Shown here piece by piece: positions 53,101 to 64,000 of a stretch of 64,000 nt of DNA. Source of the DNA: Eledone cirrhosa (Eukaryota); assembly GCA_964016885.1 (NCBI GenBank), contig OZ024741.1, positions 293,880,001 to 293,944,000 on the forward strand, in the 5' to 3' direction. The translations under genes and the position numbers were made by a program. Under the pieces are notes generated by a model. That model was not told where the DNA came from. It worked only from the letters and a program-made list of their open reading frames with translations, and did not search any database. Position 1 is the first letter of the stretch. Each line of letters begins with the position of its first letter.

Positions 53101-56100
53101 CCTAGCGTATTTTCAAAACAATCCATATTTCGTATCAAGTCCAAATAGCCAATCTATCGCTAAAACAAACTACATTTTCTGTTTCTATTAAGTGCTAAAT
53201 ACGTAGGTTTTTGGACGTATTTAACAGAACAAATTTTGTATTTTTGTTAATCGCTTGTTAAATGCATGGACCCCACTCAATCATTACCTTCTTGCTAGCT
53301 ACCCAACACCCCCACACACCACCATTGCTATTACGTGGACCAATCATAAAACAGAGCCCCCACGCATCACCAGTATTATTACGCGGTCCAATCAGAAACC
53401 AGAGGCCTATACTATCGCTTGCCTGGTTGCCTTTCGATATACGATATATGATGGATGGATGGACTGCGGAATCCTGGAGAGTGGAGGTGAGAGAGAAAAA
53501 TCTGGACGCTCAGCGACAATGCCAAAGATAAAGACAAATTCACCCCTTGGACGAGAATGCGAGCACTCCTCATTGTTTCGACCGCGGACGGCTAACATAA
53601 CCCCATCGCCCCCCGCCCCTCACCGCCCCCAACCCCCAAACGCAATCCAAAACTTCAGAGTTGGTACCATAAATGTAGGCACCCTAAAGGGTCGCGCTAA
53701 CGAGGTTGTAGAAATGCTTGAACGTAAGGAGGTCGATGTTTGTTGTATTCAAGAGACCAGGTGGAGGGGTGGGTCTGCTAGGCTCATTGAGGGTAAAAAA
53801 CGATGTTATAAGCTTTTCTGGGTGGGAAACGACGATGGGCTGGGTGGAGTAGGAATCATGGTAGCAGAAAAGTGGGCAGATAAGATAATAGACGTAAATA
53901 GAGTGAACGACAGAATAATTAAAATACGACTTGTCCTCAATAGAACTACGGTGACAGTAATATCTGCGTACGCACCCCAATCCGGACTGCCCGGCACTAT
54001 AAAAGACATATTCTATGAGACACTGATGCTAACTACCTCCCAAATATCCGACAGTGACTATATAATTATCGCAGGCGACCTAAATGGTCACGTTGGACAA
54101 CATTGTGACGGCTACGACGAAATCCATGGAGGCTATGGGTTTGGTACTAGAAATGAGGAAGGCTCCAGAATCCTGGAATTCTGTGATGCAAATAACCTAA
54201 CTATCTGTAACACTAACTTCAAAAAACGTGACAATCACCTGATCACCTATAGATCCGGGGAACACACAAGCCAGGTAGATTATATCCTTACCAGAAGACG
54301 TGACAGAGTGTCTGTTGTTAACACTAAATCCCTCCCCCATGAAGAATGCACCTCCCAACATAGACTGATAATTAGCGACCTCATAGTCAGGACGAGACGT
54401 ACTCGACAACAGAAGAGGACTATCCTCAGGAGGAAAATATGGAAGCTAAAGGACCCCACAGCCAGGAATAAATTTCAAAGCATATTACTTGATGCTTTCG
54501 ACAGTAAGGAAGAACATTTAGAGTCGGACAATATAGAGGGAGAGTGGGAATTTCTGAAAGCAAACCTGCTGTTGGCGACAGACGAGGTCTGTGGCTGGAG
54601 CAGGCCTGTAGGCAGGAGGAGAGTAACATGGTGGTGGAACAGTAAGGTGGAGGGGTCAATTAAGGCCAAAAAGCAGGCTTGGAAAGTATGGCGGGATGGG
54701 GTAAGTAGAGAGGACTATCAAGTGGCCAGGAGGGAAGCTAGGAGACAAGTGTACTTAGCAAGAAGGGAAGCTGAGGAAAGAAAGTTCAAGCATGTTCTAC
54801 AACGCGATGACCAAAAACGTGAGGTGTTCAGGATTGCTAGGCAATGCGTCAAGGAAAACCGTGATATTGTCGGGGAGAAGTGTGTACTAAACGACGATGG
54901 CACACTTGCCATCACCGACGCTGATAAGAAGGTAGCTTGGAAGTGTCACTATGAAAGGCTTCTAAATGAGGAGAATAATTGGGAGAAAGGCAGTCTCCCC
55001 CATATCGACCCAATAGAGGGACCAGCAGTGTTAGTCGAGGGGAGTATAATAAGTAAGGCAATCAAGGATATGAAGACTGGTAAGGCGGCTGGGCCTTCGG
55101 AAATAGTTGCTGAGATGCTGAAGGCATCTGGCACGGTGGGACACACCATGGTCACCCGCATAGTTAACCAAGTCGTACAGAATGGGGTTGTTCCGAAGGA
55201 CTGGCATAGCAGCATCATCGTTAACTGTTATAAGGGTAAAGGAGACGCCCTAGATAGGAGTAACTATAGAGGCATTAAATTAATCGACCAGGTCATGAAG
55301 GTCACGGAAAGAGTAATAGCGCAACTAATCAGAGAGAGAATTGACCTAGATGAAATGCAGTTCGGGTTTGTGTCAGGCAAAAGTACCACAGACGCTCTTT
55401 TCATAGTACGACAACTACAGGAGAAGTACCTAGCTAAAGGTAAACCCCTCTACTTAGCTTTTGTCGACTTGGAGAAAGCCTTCGACAGAGTCCCCCGCTC
55501 CATTATCTGGTGGGCTCTTAGAAAACTAGGCGTTGACGAATGGCTTGTGAGGGCTATACAAGCCATGTATAAAGAAACAGTCAGCAAGGTTAGAATTAAC
55601 AACGAATATAGTGAAGAGTTTAGCGTAAAAGTTGGCGTCCATCAGGGCTCTGTTCTCAGTCCACTACTATTTATTATTGCCCTTCAGGCTATAACAGAGG
55701 AGTTCAAGACAGGCTGCCCATGGGAACTCCTATACGCAGACGACCTGACACTCATAGCGGAATCAATGGCCGAGCTAGAGAAGAAATTCCAAACATGGAA
55801 GCACGGCCTAGAGTCAAAAGGACTTAAAATTAACCTGGCTAAGACCAAAGTACTAGTTTGTAGGAAAGAAAACAAGGCGGCGGTCCCTTCTGGGAAATGG
55901 TCGTGCTCGGTGTGTAGGAAAGGCGTAGGTAGAAACTCCATTTTATGTCCTAAATGCAAAGTATGGGTGCATAAAAGATGTAGTGGGATCACAGGTAAGC
56001 TAACTAAGAACATAGATTTTACATGTGGCCAGTGCTCTGGTGCAATAAGTAGCAGCAAGTGCCCACAAACTACTAGCTCTTCCAATTGCGCAGAGGGTTC

Positions 56101-57088
56101 TATAGAAATAGTGGACAGCTTCCGTTACCTGGGCGATAAAATCAGCAGTGGGGGAGGGTGCTCTGAAAGTACTGTAGCTAGAGTCAGAACTGGTTGGAAA
56201 AAGTTCAGAGAGCTTATACCACTATTAGCTGCTAAAGGGTTCTCACTAAAAATGAAAGGCAGGTTGTACGATGCCTGCATACGAACAGCAATGCTGCATG
56301 GCAGTGAGACCTGGGCATTGTGTGCAGAGGATATACGCAGACTAGAGAGGAACGAAGCTTGCATGCTCCGCTGGATGTGTAACAGTAATATACGTGAACG
56401 GCAAAGCATAAACGAACTAAGGAAAAAATTAGAGATAAGAGGGATCAGATGTTGTTTACTCGAGAGAAGGCTACGTTGGTATGGACACGTGATGCGCATG
56501 AAAGTCGATAGCTGTATAACAAAGTGCAGGGCAATAAAGATAGACGGTAGTCACGGAATAGGCAGACCTAGAAAAACCTGGGACGAGCTGATAAACTCCG
56601 ACATCACACACTTACACCTCTCCAAGACAATGTCACTGGACCGAGACCTTTGGCGGTACTCAGTAACAGAGAAGACCCGCCTTACCTAAATATATAGTAA
56701 AACCTACTCCAGCCAGTAGGCATCTCTAACAAAATACACCCCGTCCCACCACCACCACCCCCACCCGATCCACACCACCCCGTTCTATGTAAAGTTATGT
56801 TGGTGCCGCGCCATCGAGGCCGAAACAAATGAGATCGTGTAGGTGTCACGACAAAAAAACACACAGTCCACGCTGTAATGTGGCCGTGTAGGCAACACGG
56901 TAAAAACCTCCCAGACCCACACTGTAAATGTGGTTGGTGTTAGGAAGGGCATCCAACTGTAGAAAACCTGCCAGACAGTCCTATGCGAGCAAGACAATCA
57001 CTCTTGCCTCAAGTGGGACTACCCCCGTCCAAACCCATGCAAGCGTGGAACACGGACGTTAAACGTTGATGATGATGATGATGATGAT
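53101..57088 (+). mobile_element. Near full-length RTE LINE (family A) with 5' UTR, 3' UTR and (GAT)n tail, flanked by microsatellites
   Basis: Intact ORF; the 3' UTR is near-identical to copies at 8590-8978 and 41400-41794 and ends in (GAT)n. The 5' boundary is approximate, taken after the (TC)n tract. Confidence 0.9.
53519..56689 (+). CDS. RTE-clade non-LTR retrotransposon ORF: APE endonuclease, reverse transcriptase and PHD-like zinc finger; no stops or frameshifts
   Basis: The ORF track gives 53255..56689 from a TTG; the in-frame ATG at 53519 (MPKIKTN) is the likelier start. APE motifs: GTINVGTL, CCIQETRW, SAYAPQ, GDLNGHVG, QVDYIL, SQHR. RT motifs: QFGF, FVDLEKAFD, GVHQGSVLSP, LYADD. Cys/His cluster: CSVC..CPKC..H..C..CGQC. 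Confidence 0.95.
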   Translation: MPKIKTNSPLGRECEHSSLFRPRTANITPSPPAPHRPQPPNAIQNFRVGTINVGTLKGRANEVVEMLERKEVDVCCIQETRWRGGSARLIEGKKRCYKLFWVGNDDGLGGVGIMVAEKWADKIIDVNRVNDRIIKIRLVLNRTTVTVISAYAPQSGLPGTIKDIFYETLMLTTSQISDSDYIIIAGDLNGHVGQHCDGYDEIHGGYGFGTRNEEGSRILEFCDANNLTICNTNFKKRDNHLITYRSGEHTSQVDYILTRRRDRVSVVNTKSLPHEECTSQHRLIISDLIVRTRRTRQQKRTILRRKIWKLKDPTARNKFQSILLDAFDSKEEHLESDNIEGEWEFLKANLLLATDEVCGWSRPVGRRRVTWWWNSKVEGSIKAKKQAWKVWRDGVSREDYQVARREARRQVYLARREAEERKFKHVLQRDDQKREVFRIARQCVKENRDIVGEKCVLNDDGTLAITDADKKVAWKCHYERLLNEENNWEKGSLPHIDPIEGPAVLVEGSIISKAIKDMKTGKAAGPSEIVAEMLKASGTVGHTMVTRIVNQVVQNGVVPKDWHSSIIVNCYKGKGDALDRSNYRGIKLIDQVMKVTERVIAQLIRERIDLDEMQFGFVSGKSTTDALFIVRQLQEKYLAKGKPLYLAFVDLEKAFDRVPRSIIWWALRKLGVDEWLVRAIQAMYKETVSKVRINNEYSEEFSVKVGVHQGSVLSPLLFIIALQAITEEFKTGCPWELLYADDLTLIAESMAELEKKFQTWKHGLESKGLKINLAKTKVLVCRKENKAAVPSGKWSCSVCRKGVGRNSILCPKCKVWVHKRCSGITGKLTKNIDFTCGQCSGAISSSKCPQTTSSSNCAEGSIEIVDSFRYLGDKISSGGGCSESTVARVRTGWKKFRELIPLLAAKGFSLKMKGRLYDACIRTAMLHGSETWALCAEDIRRLERNEACMLRWMCNSNIRERQSINELRKKLEIRGIRCCLLERRLRWYGHVMRMKVDSCITKCRAIKIDGSHGIGRPRKTWDELINSDITHLHLSKTMSLDRDLWRYSVTEKTRLT

Positions 57089-57311
57089 GTGTATATATAT
57101 ATACATGTGTGTATATATATATATATTGGAAAATGTGTGTAATCCTTGGTACAGTTAGGTATATTAAGACAGGGGGAAGAAAAAAATGGCTTCACTTGTG
57201 CCTTCAACAAATTTATTTTCTTCACAAAATCCAAGAATTTTTGGATTTTGTGAAGAAAATAAATTTGTTGAAAGTACAAGTGAAGCCATTTTTTTCTTCC
57301 CCCCTGTCTTA

Positions 57312-57343
<32 letters not shown>

Positions 57344-57405
57344 GTGTATGTTTATGTATATATATATATATATATGTGTGTATCTTTATGTATATATGTA
57401 TGTAC

Positions 57406-57444
<39 letters not shown>

Positions 57445-57465
57445 ACATATCAAATATATTGATTT

Positions 57466-57553
57466 TCATCTGAGGATACCGTTCTCATAATCAACAGCAA
57501 ATGCTTGAAGGACTTCTCAATTGCATGGAGAACCGTGGAAATATTTATTATGA
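57466..57553 (+). ncRNA. Hammerhead candidate
   Basis: TCAT-CTGAGGA-TACCGTTCTC..GAGAACCGTG-GAAA-TATTTA-TT/ATGA, in a TA-flanked island. Confidence 0.65.
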
Positions 57554-58053
57554 TTAAACGATATATGTAACCTCAGTATCTTATTTTGTTATTTTTATAA
57601 AATTCTCCATCGTAACTAAAATCAACGATTGTTGAGAGCTTTCTCCTACTTACTCCTGTTTTTACCAAAACAATCTTTTCCGAACATATATGTATGTATA
57701 TATATATGTATATATATATATATATATGTATGTTTAAAATTTAAGTTATAAGCATTATACAGTGTTTGGCTTCCACAACAATATACATACATACATATAT
57801 ACATATATATATATACATATATATATATATATGTATATATGTATGTTGTTATATTTGGGGAGGGTCATATTTGCGTAATATTGCCAGAATTAATAACAGA
57901 ACACACTCACTGTTTGGTTGGTTTTCGCTTCTCGCTGTCTTTTATATATATATATCTGCGATCTAACTTACTCGGTCCTCAATGTTGCCATTGACTGACC
58001 GGCGGTCAAAAATAATACAGATACAATATAGACAAACACATATATATATAGTT

Positions 58054-58095
58054 TACATAAATCTTTCGTTGCACATCTGCAACATCGTCAGTGGT
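58054..58095 (-). ncRNA. Hammerhead candidate in the 3' UTR of the RT/GIY-YIG PLE, weak stem I
   Basis: CA-CTGACGA-T-GTTGC(AGATGT)GCAAC-GAAA-GATT-TA/TG. Confidence 0.55.
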
Positions 58096-58369
58096 GTTAT
58101 ATTCATTGTTCCTCCTGTTGTGTTGTATGTCTACGCCATTTTTTTTTTTTTTGTTCAGTCTGTCTATATATTTATTTATTTATTTGCTTGTTTGTTTATC
58201 TTATTTTATTTTGTCTTCTTTGCGCATGCGTTTGCGTGTGTGTATAGTGTAATGTGTGATGTGTGACTAGTGTGTATAGTGTTGTGTCTGCTGGGTGACT
58301 AGTGTGTGTTTATGTGCTTGTGTATGTATTTATTTATCTTATTTTATTTTATTTAATTTACTTATTTAT

Positions 58370-60282
58370 TTATACTTCTCTTAGGTCAGTGTTGTTTGTT
58401 TGGGTGTTGTTGTTGTTCCACTCATTCTTTCTGTTTAGCTTTGGTCTTCTAATTTCTATTTCACTGGCCTCTCTGATTTGCCTATCTGCTGGGTCATTCC
58501 TATGTTTAGATATTATTCTAATTTCTATGTTGTCTATGTTACCGTCATGATGTTGTCTAGCATGTTCGTATAGTACTGACCCGTTTTTTCGTCCTTTTAG
58601 TTCCCCCCAGTGTTGGTCTATCCTTTCACCTATGCTACGAGCTGTCTCACCTATGTATGTTGTTGTCGTGTTTCTGCAAGTACCCTCTGTACATCTTATG
58701 CTATAGACTACGTTTCTAGTTTTACAGTTTATCCGGGGGTTCACCTTACATATGATACATTTCCTATTGGTACAGTGGGTTTTCTTAAAAGGGTAGGTTT
58801 TGCTGATCAGGGATTTTATGGTGGTTCCTGGCTTTTCTACCACCTTTATTTTTAAGTGGGTCTTTCTCAGGGCCTTTCTACACTGGTTAGCTAATTTCCC
58901 TCCAGGGGTGGCGTCCACAAACATGACACTCTGATATCTCTGGTTGTCGTACCATGATGTGGCCTTCCCTATCTTATGTCTAGCCCTATCTAAGCTATTC
59001 CATGATTTGCTCCTGTATAGTGGGCAAATTCCTTTCATGTCCAGTTCTATGAGGGTCTTATACTTTTCCATGGCTCCTTCGTATACTCTGACTCTGTCTC
59101 TTTGGTTGTAGCCAGAGAACTGCATGCGGTTGATGAAGTGTTGGATGTGTCCTTCCATTTCTGTTGGGTCGCACATGCTGGACACATTCTTCATCACTCG
59201 TACCAAATCTGCGATCAGAATATTAAACTTAGCACTACTGGACATTGCTGAGTTTTTGAGTATCAGGTATTTGGAGGCCATGGGTTTAGCATAGTGTGAG
59301 TGGAGAATTTGGGCTCTCTCGTCTATAGTGTTAATCCAGAGTTCTGTGTCTAATACAGGTAGTCTATTGTTAGGGTGTTTGGAAGGGAAGTCTATAGTTA
59401 CAGTTATACTCTGGTGTATGGAATTAGCTATCTGCTGGATGCTTTCCATCGTGCTACGTTCTAAATCAAACTTGTTAGTGCTCTCTCGTGGGGGTGTTCT
59501 TATAACTATATTGATATCGTCTACATAACGAGAGTACATGATGAGGTCTATGGAGCTTTCATTAAGGAGATCTTTAAGTCTCCTTTCCCACCATACCATG
59601 AAAAGGTTGGCAACATCGCCAGCTATGCTGACGCCGATGGCTGCTCCCTCATTTTGGGTGTAGATTTTCTCATTGAACTTAAATATGTGGCCCTTTAGGG
59701 TAGTTTTGATACTAGCCCCTATTGCATGTGCGACCATTTTTCTTACCTGATCAGTGTTTTGGGGGGTCCGTATAGCTTTGGTCCACCCAATCCACCTTCC
59801 TATGGGAGTCTTTTTAGCCATTGAGGTTATGGTGGGGGGGGTCTACCTCTTATAGGTCTACTAGGGCAGAAACATCTAAGGTCATGGCTGTCTAGGTAGT
59901 CAGTGTCGTAGGTAAGTCTAAGTAGGAGGCCCAGTTCGTCTGTGTCGACGTCGCAGAACTCCACCTCACTCTCAATGATCATCTCCACACATCTTTTCAC
60001 AGCAAAATCAATGTTAATGGATGGGTACAGTGACACCACATCCATGCTGCCTATTATGCAGTTGGATAGGCTCCTGTTTTTGTTGCACTCACTGATTCTG
60101 CTGAGGAGGTCCTCTGTACTTTCACATACATCTGGGGACATCTTGATTATGGGGCGTATAACCATTGAGAGGAAGTAGGAGATCCTGTAGTTGCTAGCTA
60201 TATTAGCTCCGCATACAGGTCTTGTTGGTGGTCCTGTTGTCGGGTCGTCGACTGTCTTGTGGTCTTTGCGGAGCCCATACAT
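58370..60282 (-). pseudogene. PLE RT/GIY-YIG ORF split by one frameshift in a C8 homopolymer (G run 59834-59841)
   Basis: [40 protein letters not shown], Cys cluster CTNRKCIIC..C, NVVYSIRC..YIGETAR (GIY-YIG), EASEI..PKLN. The two ORFs join as RGRPP(P)TITSMAKK if the run is 6 or 9 C. Confidence 0.85.
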
Positions 60283-60479
60283 GTATGTATATATATATAT
60301 GTATATGTATGTATATATATATATATGTATGTATATATATGTGTGTGTGTATATATATATATTTGTATATATATATATATGTATATATATATATGTATAT
60401 ATGTATATATGTATGTATATATGTATATATGTATGTATATATATATGTATATATGTATGTATATATATATATATATGTA

Positions 60480-60945
60480 TAGCCAGAGTTAGGACGGGAT
60501 GGAATTAGTTCAGAGAGCTTATACCTCTGTTGGTCACAAAAGGCTTCCCTCTAAAAATGAAAGGCAGATTGCATGATGCTTGTATACGAACAGCAATGTT
60601 ACATGGCAGTGAGACATGGGCATTGTGTGCAGAGGACCTGTGCAGACTGAAAGGGAATGAAGCATGCATGCTCCGTTGGATGCGTAACAGTAATATACAT
60701 GAACGGCAAAACATAAATTAACTAAGTGAGAAATTAGGAATAAGTGGGATCAGATGCTCTTTACGTGGAGAAGATTATGTTGGTATGGTCATGTGATGTG
60801 CATGAAAGACGACAGCTGTATAAAAAAAAGTGCAGGGTGATCAAAATTGATGGAAGTTACTCCGGAGTAATCTTGCCTCAAGTGGGACAATAACCATCTA
60901 ACCCATGCTAGCCTGGAAGATAGACGTTAAACGATGATGATGATA
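60480..60945 (+). mobile_element. Degenerate RTE family A-like 3' fragment with internal deletion
   Basis: MLHGSETWALCAED..EACMLRW; jumps directly to the terminal GCCTCAAGTGGGA..(GAT)n. Confidence 0.85.
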
Positions 60946-61112
60946 TATATATATATATATATATATATAGAAAAAATGATGACGTTTCGTTTACATATGA
61001 AAAATATTTATTGTGTATTGACCTGTCATCCATAGGAGCTATGGACCCAACTCCATTATTGATCAGCTCCTCAGACTGGTGATACGACAAAAAATATATC
61101 TTTTGTCACATC

Positions 61113-61203
61113 ACCAGTCTGAAGAGCAGATCGATACTGGAGTCTGGTCCATACTCCTATGGGTCACCTTGAGCCAATCCTCTGCAAAATGAGCGTCACA
61201 GGT
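61113..61203 (+). ncRNA. Decayed hammerhead (GAAA to AAAA) in fold-back island 60970-61260
   Basis: ACCAGT-CTGAAGA-GCAGA..TCTGC-AAAA-TGAGCG-TC/ACAGGT. Confidence 0.55.
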
Positions 61204-61344
61204 TAATACGCAGTAAATATTTTTCACATGTAAAGGAATTTCCTCGTTTTTTCTATTAAATACACTCTGCCTGTACATAGAGTCCTTGATTTCATACCAA
61301 CACCAGTACTTCATTGTACTACCAACACTATGTTCATATATATA

Positions 61345-61433
<89 letters not shown>

Positions 61434-61587
61434 TTCAGGTTATCAATAATGTGGTGATAATATATTGTTACGTTAGAGATGAACAGCGTACGTGTAGGTT
61501 TGCTCAACGAGTATATATTATATTCTGGAGAAAATGTAGAAAAGATGAATTTAAAATGAAAGTGCTTTTTTTAAAAAGGAATTTATT

Positions 61588-61709
61588 ATGTATTGACATA
61601 TGTTTCTGTAACAGACGGAATACCTATGTATCGCTGCTTGCGTAATCATATAATGTTAGCAAGTATTCGATAGCAAATGTATAATCAGTTGTCACTTCTT
61701 CAGAGATTT
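61588..61709 (-). ncRNA. Hammerhead-like fold with intact core and poor stem I
   Basis: CTGAAGA-AGTGACA..TGTTACA-GAAA-CATATG-TC. Confidence 0.45.
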
Positions 61710-62452
61710 TGGATAAATTGGATAAAACCAGAAAAATTGAAGTATTTATATTAGTAATAGAGGAAGAAAAGAGGGGATAGTATATGACAGATGGTAATTC
61801 AATTTACTGCTAAACAAGTATATAAAGGGTTTCTAATGAGAATATAATGAGTAAATGGTTTATTTTATCTAAATAAGAATTTTTGGGAGTGCCTATTTTA
61901 ATCTATACTTGACCAATTGGACAGTGGACAGGGCTGGTCATTTGGTGTAGTAGTATTAATTATAAAGTGTCAATTGGGGAAGGGGGAGATTTCGATTGCT
62001 ACTGAATAACATCAATGCTAGTAGCCAGCTGGTATATGCATTAGGGAATTGAATTAAGAAATCTCATTTTATCTATAGCAGTTTATATTAAAAGGTAAAT
62101 AATAGAAGAGTTGATAGAATTAAGACTAATAGAGAATGTTAATATGAATTTTGACAATCAAACGGAGATGGAGACAGGCGTTCAATCCTGGTAGTATTTA
62201 TAATATGAAAATATATATATATATGACTCATGACTCATACACTATTCACTACCCTGACATTATTCTATGTACTATATATGCACCTTTGATGAGTTGTAGT
62301 GCACCTGACCACTTTACACAATAGTTTCATTATTATTATTATTATTATATACGTGTGTGTGTGTGTGTATATATATATGAATATATATATATATGTGTGT
62401 ATATATATGTATATATATATGTGTGTGTGTATATATATGTATATATATATGA

Positions 62453-62486
<34 letters not shown>

Positions 62487-62489
62487 GTA

Positions 62490-62542
<53 letters not shown>

Positions 62543-62577
62543 TTATATGTATATATATATATGTATATGTGTATATA

Positions 62578-62656
<79 letters not shown>

Positions 62657-62678
62657 CTATATATATTTACATATATAT

Positions 62679-63868
62679 ATCATCATCATCATCACCGTTT
62701 TACGTCCGTTCTTCCGTGCTAGCAAGGGTTAAACGGGTTGTACTGTTGTGGGCAGTGTCTGGTAGCTGACCATGCCTTGCTCATACAGGAACTGATTTTG
62801 GCTTGCTTTCTACAGCTGTATGCCCTTCCTAACACCAACCTCATTTACAGTGAGTGCTAGGTGCTTTTTTTTACGTGGCGCCTACACTTCCACTTTACAG
62901 TGTGGGCTGGGTGCTTTTTTGCCGTGGCACCTCCACGACCACTTTGCAGTGGGAGGGTGTGGGGGCATATTGTCTATCTGCTTCAGCTTGTACCCATGGG
63001 AGGTCGGGTACTCTGTATTACTGCGTGATGCCAGAGGTCACGGTCGTGTGTCATCGCCTTTGAGAGTTGTAATTGGGTAAGGTTGGCTTTTATCACCTCA
63101 TCCCAGGTCTTCTTGGGTCTCCCCACTCCGCGGCTTCCATTGACTTCTCGTGCTTTGCACCTTTTTATGCAGCTGTCATCCTTCATACGCATCACATGTC
63201 CATACCAACGCAACCGCCTCTCCTGCACACAGCATTTGATTCCTCTTATGCTCAGTCTCTCAATTTATGCTTTGCCGTTCGCGTATATTACTATTACACA
63301 TCCAACGGAACATGCAGGCTTCTTTCTAATCTACGTAAGTCTTCCACCTTCAGTGTCCAGGTCTCACTACCATGTAACATTGCTGTTCGTATACACGCAT
63401 CATACAGTCTGCCTTTCATTTTGAGGGAAAAGCCTTTTGCAGCTAGCAGTGGCAGTAGTTCCCTAAACTTCTTCCATCCCGTTCTTACCCTAGTTATTGT
63501 ACTTTCTGAACACCTACCTCCGCTGCTAATTTGGTCACCTAGGTAGCAGAAGCTGTCTACTGTTTCTACAGAGCCCTCCCACAGATTCGTGGTACTTGTT
63601 TCCTGTGGCTGTTTGCTGCTACATGTGAAGCCTACATTTTTAACTAAGCTTCCTGAGATCCCGCATCTCTTGTGTACCCATTTTTTGCATTTGGGTCAGA
63701 GAATAGAGTTTCTACCTACATCTTTCCTACATACTGAGCAAGGCCATTTCCCTGAGGGGATCTGGGTTCAGTTTTCTCGTCTACTTACAAGGACCTTAGT
63801 CTTTGTTAGGTTGACTTTGAGACCCTTTCTTTCTAGTCCCTGCTTCCAAGTTTGGAATTTCTTCTCTA
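62679..63868 (-). mobile_element. Degenerate 5'-truncated RTE (family B) with repeat-containing 3' UTR
   Basis: ORF 62983..63228 (ERRLRWYGHVMRMKDD..GRPKKTW) and upstream RT/PHD-like remnants are homologous to family A; distinct 3' UTR; (ATC)n tail. Confidence 0.9.
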
Positions 63869-63968
<100 letters not shown>

Positions 63969-64000
63969 GTATATATATATTTATATATATATATAGATAT

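Larger units (their letters stand above)
57845..60282 (-). mobile_element. Penelope-like retroelement (RT plus C-terminal GIY-YIG), 5'-truncated at a (TA)n tract, 3' UTR with hammerhead fold
   Basis: ORFs 59827..60282 and 58370..59821. The 3' terminal motif ATGACCCTCCCAAA-TATAACAA is shared with 10962-10990, 40838-40865 and 41257-41280. Confidence 0.9.

Noticed and set aside
53255-53518. N-terminal 88 aa of the 1144-aa ORF call
   Set aside because: Starts at TTG and looks like 5' UTR; the ATG at 53519 is the more plausible start.

Overview
This is AT-rich, repeat-dense animal genomic DNA, not prokaryotic. The mix of (TA)n arrays, RTE LINEs and tRNA-derived SINEs suggests a coleoid cephalopod such as Octopus, but that is an inference. 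No host protein-coding exon could be supported, and most listed ORFs are translations of microsatellites. The real content is: one near full-length RTE retrotransposon with an intact APE-RT-PHD-like ORF (about 53100-57088) plus several truncated RTE copies; a Penelope-like element (PLE) with RT and GIY-YIG domains (57845-60282, minus strand) plus smaller PLE remnants; other LINE fragments; two main SINE families; and minisatellites. The most notable signal, read by eye, is about 16 hammerhead-ribozyme folds with intact catalytic cores (some with weak flanking stems) plus several decayed ones, from about 10 unrelated sequence families. Almost all lie in short fold-back islands inside (TA)n tracts, and two families use the U3-A8 core variant. 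Also notable are a tandem hairpin/pseudoknot module in RTE 3' UTRs that is shared with a SINE and amplified into an array, and a strong candidate recursive splice site (CAG|GTAAGT) at 14311/14312. All RNA structures are manual predictions and need computational and biochemical confirmation.
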